From: Ascoidea asiatica JCM 7603
Lineage: Eukaryota; Fungi; Ascomycota
Length of the DNA: 64,000 bases
NCBI GenBank assembly: GCA_001600695.1
Contig: BCKQ01000008.1
Coordinates: 405,031 to 469,030 of the forward strand
Reading direction: 5' to 3'
A program made the translations under genes and the position numbers. The notes beneath the pieces are model-generated. The model was not told the DNA's origin. It ran no database searches and worked only from the letters and a program-made list of their open reading frames with translations. Shown here piece after piece: positions 47,001 through 56,600 of the stretch (positions are counted from its first letter, which is position 1; the number at the start of each line of letters is the position of its first letter).

Positions 47001-49646
47001 ACTTGATTGCAAAATTTTGGATTCTTGAGATTGGTTTTCAGAAAAATTTCTTTTTTCTTCCTCTATAATTCGACAATTATGTGCTATATTATTTGATAAT
47101 TGGAGAATAAATGAGTTATCAAAAAAAATAGAACTTTCTAGCAAAGATCTAATAATATTAAAAAAGTCCTTGGGAAGGTTTATCGCTAAAAAAAACTCCA
47201 CATTCTCTATTAATAAGTTATAAACTTTAGTTTTGAATTGAATTAAATCTGCCTTGATAAATTGGCTTAGTATAAACATTGAATATTTCTCTAAATTTTT
47301 GGAAGATTTGGTTTGAAATTTAGAGGTCAAGTTATTCGATGAATAACTAAATAATTCCTCCAATAAAGAATATTCTTTTAAAGAATTTAATAGCCTTAAC
47401 AAATTTAAAATAAAATTGGAATGGTAATTTGAATCAATATTTGTTTTGGTGGCAGGGTCACATTTTAGTGCATCAATTATATCTGAAAATTTATTCTGAT
47501 TAGCTTCTACATCCTGTGTATCATGTAGCAAGAAGTCTAACAGACTTGGTTCTTTTTGGGATCTTAATAAATTATTTACATTGGTTGAAACAACTTCTTT
47601 AGTAATCTCATCATTTTTTGATGAAAAATTCTTTTTTTTGATATAATTGCTTTCAAACCCCGTGTTTTGCTCCTCACTGATATTTTCCAGCTTGTTATTT
47701 ACATTATTGTTAGTTAAAGCCAGAATTTTGTTATCCTCGTTAATTATATCTTCATTTCTTCCTTGAATTATAATCTCAGCTTTCTTATTAGTAGATTTTT
47801 TCTCACTAACTTGGTCTATTTTTTTATTTTCACAAGGTTTATATTTAATGGAATTCGATAAAATAGGATACATTAGATCAATAGCTTCATGGACTTTTCC
47901 CAAATTGAAATTATCCACAAAATTCAGATTAGCGAAGAAATTTTCTTCCAATAATTCAATATTAAAATCAATTGAAATCAAAAAATCAAATAATTCTTTT
48001 GAAAATCTATTGAAAGTTAAATTCCACTCATTTTTATCATTGAAAAAAAGAGTACTATTATAACTATCATCATTTTTTATTTTAAAAAACCGTTTTTTAA
48101 AAGTTTGAAGAAATTTATTAAAAATTTTAACAGTAATGATGATGGAAGATAGAAGAAATTCTTGATTTATTTCAGATTTGATATTGGATAGCATGATTTC
48201 ATCTAAAAATAACTTGAAATCAATAATTAAATGGAAATCTATAATTTCTTTTGAACTGTTTTTAATTAATAAATCTTCAATTAAAAAATAATAAATATCA
48301 CTGGATTGATAGGAACCTAATTTTAAAAAATTGATAATAATTATTCTTGAATCTGGAACTAAGCTAAAAATTTCATCTGGTGAAATTTTATTCAATTCAT
48401 TCAATAAAATTAAAGAAGGTATAAAAAGAGAAGAATTATCATCTATGAAATAATCTTTTAAGTTATATTTGAAACTTATTCTTGATAATAATTGAAGAAA
48501 ATCTCCAAGAATATATATGAAAGTATAAATATTATTATCAAGTAAATGATTTAAAAGAAAGTTTTTTTGAGAAATTAATAAACTGATTAATTTAATTTTT
48601 AATAAATTATAATTTATTAGACCTGGAATATTACAATTGAATAAATTAAAAGACAAGTTTTTTATTAGTGATATAAACTTGACTTCATTATTGATGATAG
48701 CTTTCTTGAAATTTTGGATTAAAAATTCACACAAAGAAATTGAGGAATGGACTAATCTGAAATATTTTAAATCATAATCTCTTGGGCTTAGATTTGAAAG
48801 ATTTTTAAATCCCTCTGAATAATGATTATTTAAAATTTCGTTAATTAAGTTTATAATATCATTAATAATGGAATCAATATTATTAGCAAGCTTTTCAGTA
48901 ATCTTTAGAAAAGAAGTTTCATACATTCTTCTATTGCTAAATGATGTTTTTTCATCTAAATCAAATAAATTTAGCAATAAATATGGAAAAATAATTTGAG
49001 TATTATTATTAAATTGAGACTTTAATAGATTAATTAAATTATACATTATTTTATTTGAAGATAATCTAATTGAATCATTATTATCAAATGATAATATGAT
49101 ATAAATTTGACACCAAGAATTTTTAAATATATCATTATCAATAGCTGAAATATTCGATGGAAAGTTTTTTGAATTATATAATTTTTTTATAGAATAATCT
49201 AATTTTGATAAAGCAGATAATTTTCTTAAATCATATTTAGATAATATTTGAGAGAAAATTTCAGAAAGAAATGCATTTGAAAAGCGAGTATAATCTGGAA
49301 AACAATTTAAAGAATATAAAGAGTATTCATAAGTATAATTAATACTCTTAATGATAGAACTATTTGAACTAACTACTTTTATATCCTCTGGAGTTGCATC
49401 TTTAGTATCATCATTACCAGAATTATCATGACTAATAGGTGTAATAAGCTCGTTGGGTTTAATAATGATAAGTTTAGTAGGATTAATTGGTTTAAATTGT
49501 GTAAACGTATCATTATAGCTATATTCGTTTTTACTGAATTTATTCTTATTTTTTTTTACAAATCCAAAAGGATTTTTAAATATCTGAGAAATTCTTTTGG
49601 ATGATTTGGAATTCCTAGATAAATTTTTTTCATTACTTTCGTTCAT
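44019..49646 (-). CDS. RKR1: Listerin/Ltn1 RING E3 ubiquitin ligase (ribosome quality control), divergent
   Basis: C-terminal RWD (YTIDE....IRIPKLYPL) and RING [51 protein letters not shown]; N-terminal SWCQIY...D....R HEAT region. Start at 49646 or 49706. Confidence 0.85.
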   Translation of the reverse strand: [1875 protein letters not shown]

Positions 49647-50400
49647 GATTTTTAAAATGAAGTTAATAGTTAATTGAATGGAAAAAATCAAAATAAAAAC
49701 TACCATTTAAATAATCGAAAAGGCTAAGCATTTTATAACTATGAATTAAAAATGTAGTAACGTTTCACAATAGCAAAATCAAAGTATTACTGAAAAAATT
49801 AATTGGAAATAATATCAATTGATAGTAAAAACATTTTTTCTAAAGATTTATAATGAATGATATTGGAGGAATTCATTTTGAGAAAATTTTTGCACATGAA
49901 TTTAGAACAGGTCTTTAAGATATGGCAAAAGAAATATAAAGTAACTGTTCTGTGGATCAGTTCTCCTCTGAGCGATTATACATAGGTTGTGTAGTCTTAA
50001 AAAAGTAGAAGTTCCATACTAAAGTTCTTTAGTTAATCCTTATTGTTGGTTGTGTAACACTATTCATATTTTTTATATGAGATATTATTTGTAGTTTATA
50101 TTATATAATTTATATCATTTATTAGTTTTTATTTACACTATTTTATACTGCTTGATAATGTTCCCAGAATGTTTGTTTACTTTGAATATTTTCTCTGAGA
50201 AATAGGCATTCCGACTACAATAGAGAGTAAAAATCCAAAACGTGATCAATCCGGTTTATTAGATTCTTTGGGAAATTATTTTAAGTTCCGGTTAAACAAA
50301 AAAACCAGCTTTTAGGTTTTAGCTCTTTAACTTAATCACTTTTAAACTCACCCAATTTGAACTTTAAAACCTTATTACTTTAATGCATAATAAACCATAA

Positions 50401-51885
50401 TTATTCAACTTTCATAATACAAGATATTCTTATGTAAAAACTTTTCAAGAACATTTTTCTTTGCAAAGTAGTTAGTTGATCAAACATACCCGAAATTATT
50501 TGCATTGGAAAATCATCGGATATCAAAGTATATTTTAAAAATACTGCTAAAAAGTTCTCTATAGTTGAATTTTTATAATTTTTACTTTCATTGTTGTTTT
50601 CATTTCCAAAATTTTTCAAATTTTTATGAAATTTTATGAAAATTTCACCCATTATATTACATGCACCAATATTGATTTTGGACTTATTAACTTGGTTTAT
50701 AAATAGTTTTGGAATCATTATTTCTTTCAAAAAAATATTGAAATCTTCAATTGAGTTATAATTTATGATCGAATTTGAGTTTGACTTTTCTCTAATTAAT
50801 AAACGGCAAATTAATGAAAAGTATTCTTTGTTTTTTTCAAAAGAATCCAGTTTTAATAGATTTATTATTAGAGGTTTGCAATTTTTATGATTTTGAATTA
50901 TATTATAATCTCTAAAAAAATATACACCAACGAACAATTTCAAAACCATTAGGATCAATTTTGAATTATATGAATGAATTGATTTATTATTTGATAAATC
51001 AATTATTGATAATAATTGAAGAAACTTTTCTATAAAATACTTGAAAATATCCTTTTCAAAATAATATAAAAGTGATAAATTTGAATAATTTTCAAAAACA
51101 AAAAATTCCATAATATTGACTCTAATTGGATTAAGAATACATATTTTAACATTATCTAAAACTAAAAAATCATAAAGTTTTTTTTCTCTTAATATTATAT
51201 CTACTATAAATGAGTTTGATAATTTTAATGAATTTTTAGATAAAAAAGGTAATAATTGTATAGACGAATTAACAATTGTATAAAACTTTAGTTCTCTAGA
51301 ATCATAATCAATCAATTTTTCAATTGATAGTGTATTCAAATTTTCTTTGAATAAAATATCATAAATTAAGTTTATAATATCCGATCCAATAATTTCTAAT
51401 ATTTTAACATCATCTCCATTTTTTTGATCAAAGTGTAAGAAAAAGTTCTTCATATTATAATTTAAATTGAATTCATCTGGATCAAATAAATTAATCAATA
51501 ATATTGGTAAATATTGTGATAAATATTTTCTAATAAAAAAATTTTTATTTAATAATTGAATAAATTTGAAATGAATCTGATTAGTTAAAAGTCTTATTTT
51601 TTTATTTGAGTCTATAGATAATTTAACATAAACTTGACACCAAGAAATTTTGAAATTTTCATTATTAATTTTTTTGATAATTATAGTTTTATCTTGATTT
51701 AAGAAGGTTTCTAAGTCAGTTAAAGCTCTGAATTTTATATTCACATCAAAATTTAGTAATCTTGTAATTATGTGACTAAGATAAGCATCATTTATTAAAC
51801 AAGCATCTGGAAGGTTTTTAAAATAGCATAAAGAAATACACCTAATATTTTGATCATCATTTTCAAATAACTTATGAAAGGACAT
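50401..51885 (-). CDS. Truncated Ltn1 paralog (N-terminal HEAT region only; no RWD/RING)
   Basis: ISLCYFKNLPD, RALTDL, SWCQVYVKLSIDSNKKIRL and YLPILLINLFDPD align with the Ltn1 N-terminus and with the neighbouring gene; intact 494-aa ORF. Confidence 0.75.
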   Translation of the reverse strand: MSFHKLFENDDQNIRCISLCYFKNLPDACLINDAYLSHIITRLLNFDVNIKFRALTDLETFLNQDKTIIIKKINNENFKISWCQVYVKLSIDSNKKIRLLTNQIHFKFIQLLNKNFFIRKYLSQYLPILLINLFDPDEFNLNYNMKNFFLHFDQKNGDDVKILEIIGSDIINLIYDILFKENLNTLSIEKLIDYDSRELKFYTIVNSSIQLLPFLSKNSLKLSNSFIVDIILREKKLYDFLVLDNVKICILNPIRVNIMEFFVFENYSNLSLLYYFEKDIFKYFIEKFLQLLSIIDLSNNKSIHSYNSKLILMVLKLFVGVYFFRDYNIIQNHKNCKPLIINLLKLDSFEKNKEYFSLICRLLIREKSNSNSIINYNSIEDFNIFLKEIMIPKLFINQVNKSKINIGACNIMGEIFIKFHKNLKNFGNENNNESKNYKNSTIENFLAVFLKYTLISDDFPMQIISGMFDQLTTLQRKMFLKSFYIRISCIMKVE

Positions 51886-52792
51886 TTTTGAAATACAAAC
51901 TTAAAAGATTGAAATAATATTTTATATATTGATTTAGTTGAATTATAGTCTGAAATAAAATAAAGCAAACCAAATAGCTAAACAGTCCAAGATACAAGAA
52001 AATTGAAATAGAAATATGCTTTTTTTTATCCATTAATTTTTTTTCAAACCCAGAAAACCATAGTAGTATGGTTCAATTAAAAGATCATAAAATTTTGAAA
52101 ACGTTTTTACACTTATATTTTAATTTATCTTGGACCTCCTTTTATCTTGAACTTATTTGAATCCAGTTTTCCAGAATAAAGTTTTCAACCCTTTTGAGAA
52201 ATGCATTGTTCAAAAAGAAAATATTTATCGTTATTAAAAGAAGCTGCTTCATGGGAAATTCCATACTTCAGTTCTTTTTAAACTTTTTTTTCAAGCCTTT
52301 TCGAGAATTTTATAAAACCTGACTGAATAGTTGATTAGGATGAACTCTAAACCATAGTTTGAGTGTTGAAATTGTAGTTTGATAAAATAAATAGCCATAG
52401 AGAAATCAGAACTTAATACTGGGCCAAGTACGATGCTGAGTTGTCTATATTTATAATTCATCTGTAATGGCAATTACTGTATTAATTAAATTAGAATTGC
52501 TCTTGTCGCCATATTTGTGGATGGCGTATACGTGTTGAGCTGCCGCCCAAAGAGGAAAGCGAGTTTTACCGAGGAGTTCCCGGTTTCTGCACTCAGACTG
52601 ACATTGTCAGATTTAAGCTATCAAAAGAAAGGCTCTTTTTCAGTAACAAACAAATTTAAGATGTGGGTAACTAATAAGATGTTATCTGGGTATTTGGCTT
52701 TATTTTTAATATATTCAAAATAAATCATCCTAAAACCATTGAAAGAGATTAAAAAAAAAGAGCCAAACAACATTTTAATGGCCTCTTGCTTC

Positions 52793-52864
52793 TGAGAGAT
52801 ACGGGAATCGAACCCATGTCATCTGCTTGGAAGGCAAATATGATAACCACTACACTAATCTCCC
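52793..52864 (-). tRNA. tRNA-Gly(TCC), copy 1
   Basis: GGGAGATTAGTGTAGTGGTTATCATATTTGCCTTCCAAGCAGATGACATGGGTTCGATTCCCGTATCTCTCA: full cloverleaf, anticodon TCC, intact A and B boxes. Confidence 0.95.
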
Positions 52865-53091
52865 ATTAACTTGGAAGATCTTTACTGTAAAAGAATATGT
52901 TTTTCTTTTCTTAGAGTATTCGCATCTACCGCATCTACCGAGAAATTGATTATTGTATACACTTTAGTAAAAATCTAAGTTACTGCAAAGATAATGTTGT
53001 AATATGTCAAGTAAGAATAAAATATCTTTATTTTCGTATAATACAATATATCAAAAGGTAATAGAATTAGTTATAAATTTATTTCTGACAA

Positions 53092-55893
53092 CTAATTAAT
53101 ATAATCACCCAAAACAATGTTTTCAGAGGGCTCGCTATAGTTCAAGTCTTCTTTTAGTTTTGCTATTGATATTGTTTTATTATCAAAATCATAAACCATA
53201 TATAATTGTTTCATTGCCATATACCCTAAAATCACATTAGTATCACTATCACCTAAAGTAATTAGATTATCATCAAAACTACATTCCGCAGTGCTATCTC
53301 CTGTTTCATTTCCATATATGATTAATTCACTTATTGAAATATTTAAATAATTATCATTTAAATTAAATCTGAAATAATCTTCTTCATTAATTGATCCACA
53401 TCCAAATACTATATTTCCATTTTCACTTTTTTCATATATATTTGAATGTAAATAATTTTTAAAAAATCTATTATAAAGTATATTGGGTAAAGTGATTCCA
53501 TAATTATTGAAACTTAAATCAAAATTTATTATCAATTCATTGTCTTTAATTTGACTTTCATTCATTAATTCAACTGTAAAATTTTTATATTCTTTTTTAT
53601 TACTATCATAATAATGGTGAATAAATTCAATATTAGAAGTATTAACAGATATACCATTGAAAATTCCTTTTCGATTTCTTGCATCTTTTAATTCAGTATT
53701 ATTAAAAGGTATTGAAAATAAATTTCCTTGAAATTTATCATAATCAACTCCTCCAAATATTAAAGTACCATTGAAAACATTTGAGCCCTCATCAGAATAA
53801 TCAAATAAACTAAAAATTCTTTTGTTTATTAATCCATTATCAACTAATTTATCAAAAAAAGTTTTATAAGATACATCTGCATAATTTATTTTAGAACTTA
53901 CATCTAATAAAGGATTTAATCCAAGAATATTAACTTGAAATCTAGGATAGTTATCACAATACACAAAAGAAATATCCTGGATTTTAGTATCTGAATCTTT
54001 TATTAAATAAAAATTATCTGTTTTATATCTTGAGGTATAATATGAATAATTCGTTCCTGAATTTGTTAAATTTGAAAAACAAGTTTCAGATAATGAAGAA
54101 TTATAAAATGGAATAAAATTATTTGTTTGATTATAATATGAACTTAAAACTGTATCTGAAAATTCAGTTGAAAGTGATAATTCAACTTCTTGAATTGGAT
54201 AACCAACAAATAAATTAATATAATATCCAGGAAAATCTTGAGTATAATTTTTAATAAAATATGGTATTTTTAAGTATCCTGATGAATTTGTAATAGTATT
54301 GGTGTTATTTTGATTTTCATGTAAAATTTCAAAAATATTTTCCGGATTTTTATATAAATTTTCTAAAGGAATATTTGTTTCAATAGGAACAGATATACTA
54401 TTTGAATTTTTATTACTTATGGATGCTAAAAATGTTTCTTTTTCAGATTCTTTTGTGAAAGTAGTTGTAATTACATCTAAATAATATGATACAGTTTCTG
54501 TTAAAGTAAAATTAGTATTATTAGAACTTTCAACAGTTTTTGTTATTGGCAAATCTTTTAAATAAGTTGAAGTAAATTCTGTAGAATAATAATAATATGA
54601 ATCATTATAATATTCAACTTGAGATATCCAAGATTCAAAATTTTCATCATTTATTACTACCATATTTTGATCCTCTTCATCTATAAATGTTTGTGAATCT
54701 TGATCGAAATTTGAGTTACCTAATGCAATAATTTGTTTATCAAAATCTACCATAACATAAATATACTTTAAAATATTATAACCAAGATAAAAAGTATTAT
54801 CTGTTGAATATTGAAAAATTAGAGTTGAATATGGAGATATATCCAATTCTGAAAATGGTACATTTAATTCAAAACCAGAAAAATTGAAATATAAAGTAGC
54901 ATTATTTATAATCTCTTGTTCACATTCCGAAAATTCTATTGTACCATTTGCTTCCCTTGATTCACATGAACTATTCATAAGAAACCAAACAGATTCGAAA
55001 GAATTTTCAAAATATTGAGGTAAAATTAACTGTCCAGACATCATACTTATTCCAAATTGAACTGGATATAAAGTTGAATTAAGAACGTCAAATTCATATT
55101 GTAAATTTCCTTCTGTTAAATAAATATTGAAATCATTGAGAGTAACAGCAGCAGAAGAAATTTTAGGATTTACTGACCAACTATCATTATTAACAAATGG
55201 AATTGAAATTAATTTATCATTTTGAAATTTCGAAGTATCAATTGCACCAAATAGAAATGAAGATGTTTCATTATCAATATTTCTAAAATTATATGAAACA
55301 ACTTTTCTATTAACAATATTTTTATCAATAAATGTAGACCAAATAGATTTTTCAACATTGTTTTCACAAAAATCAGAAAAGCCAATTTGACCACTTGAAC
55401 ATAAACTAAAATATCCATTACAAAAAGTATAATTATCAAAGCTTAATTCATCTGAAAAACTTAATGATTCATTTGATAATATACCAACTAAACCACAAGA
55501 TGGATTAAAACATAAATTATCTTCAATTTCGGAAAATGGGGTAAAACTTGAAGAATTTTTATCAAAATAAACACCGTATGAAGCTTTATAACCTGTAGAA
55601 TACATACCGAATGAATTATCATAATATGATAATTGTAAATTTACAGATGTATCTGCATATAATGGATCTAATGGAGATTGAGAATATATTGAGCATAGAT
55701 TAAAATCAACAGCTAAAGATAGATTAACTTCAGGTTCACCGATTTCAAGTTTTATAAACTGAGTGTCATATGAGAAAAAAGATGGAATTTCTAAATAACC
55801 ATCATTTGATGTTAAATTTAAGCAGTGAATAAACTGAATTAAATTTATCTGTAATGTAAAAACAACATATAATAAGAAAGTAATTTCCTTCAT
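53092..55893 (-). CDS. Secreted protein with two tandem aspartic-protease-fold modules, both lacking catalytic DTG motifs
   Basis: Signal peptide. Module 1 (GYLEIP..IGEPE, FLFGAIDTSKF, YLG..ILKYIYVMVDFD) and module 2 (GYLKIP..VGYPIQ, GTLIFGGVDYDKFQG, ILGY.AMKQLYMVYDFD) are joined by a Thr-rich linker. Confidence 0.8.
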   Translation of the reverse strand: MKEITFLLYVVFTLQINLIQFIHCLNLTSNDGYLEIPSFFSYDTQFIKLEIGEPEVNLSLAVDFNLCSIYSQSPLDPLYADTSVNLQLSYYDNSFGMYSTGYKASYGVYFDKNSSSFTPFSEIEDNLCFNPSCGLVGILSNESLSFSDELSFDNYTFCNGYFSLCSSGQIGFSDFCENNVEKSIWSTFIDKNIVNRKVVSYNFRNIDNETSSFLFGAIDTSKFQNDKLISIPFVNNDSWSVNPKISSAAVTLNDFNIYLTEGNLQYEFDVLNSTLYPVQFGISMMSGQLILPQYFENSFESVWFLMNSSCESREANGTIEFSECEQEIINNATLYFNFSGFELNVPFSELDISPYSTLIFQYSTDNTFYLGYNILKYIYVMVDFDKQIIALGNSNFDQDSQTFIDEEDQNMVVINDENFESWISQVEYYNDSYYYYSTEFTSTYLKDLPITKTVESSNNTNFTLTETVSYYLDVITTTFTKESEKETFLASISNKNSNSISVPIETNIPLENLYKNPENIFEILHENQNNTNTITNSSGYLKIPYFIKNYTQDFPGYYINLFVGYPIQEVELSLSTEFSDTVLSSYYNQTNNFIPFYNSSLSETCFSNLTNSGTNYSYYTSRYKTDNFYLIKDSDTKIQDISFVYCDNYPRFQVNILGLNPLLDVSSKINYADVSYKTFFDKLVDNGLINKRIFSLFDYSDEGSNVFNGTLIFGGVDYDKFQGNLFSIPFNNTELKDARNRKGIFNGISVNTSNIEFIHHYYDSNKKEYKNFTVELMNESQIKDNELIINFDLSFNNYGITLPNILYNRFFKNYLHSNIYEKSENGNIVFGCGSINEEDYFRFNLNDNYLNISISELIIYGNETGDSTAECSFDDNLITLGDSDTNVILGYMAMKQLYMVYDFDNKTISIAKLKEDLNYSEPSENIVLGDYIN

Positions 55894-56600
55894 GATATAT
55901 TTCCCTATTGTGTATCTTGATTTATTTGATTTTATGATTGTTTGAAAATATTCTCAAAGATTCTCAAACATTTTTTCAATAATTTTGCCATTTATACCAA
56001 AAGGTGAAAGAAGATTTTTATACTTGAAGATAAAGATATTTAGTATTTTAAAATTAAGTAATTGAATGATTTAGTCAAATTTTCTATCGTCCAGTGATTT
56101 TATATTTAGATATTTTTCGCGCTAAAAGAGCGGCCCAGCAGAATTTCCTAATTACAAGCTCAGTGTGTGAATGTATGCTGTCCCGGTAAGACAAAAACAG
56201 GGCAGGACAAAACAAACCTCACTTTTTGTACTGCTCCAAAAGTTTGAACAGTTGCCGGGCTAACTACTAGTAGTACACCTGTCTTTTCCGAACTGCTTTT
56301 ATCAACCCCAGTCAAGGATTCGAAGAAATCGAAATTATTTCCCTTTACGTGCTAAGCCCGGTCGAATGTGTTACTATTATTCGGCGAACACCCCTATAAG
56401 CAGGACACTACACTGCTTAAACCCATGAATGCGCCATCGTTATTTTTATAGCCCTTAGTAAAAAGGAGACTTTATTCTAACAATTGTATATAATATGGAT
56501 TAACGAAGAATTTAACTTCAGGTAAACGAGACTTTTAATAAAATCACAATAAAAAACCTTAAGAATGGTGAAAATATAAAAAATTAAGCAGTTTTAACTA

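Noticed and set aside
3018-55439. Numerous short antisense or alternate-frame ORFs nested in long genes (e.g. 3018, 4037, 9480, 15227, 29907, 36613, 42407, 46345, 55209)
   Set aside because: Shadow ORFs produced by codon bias and trinucleotide repeats (poly-Ile/Tyr/Leu).
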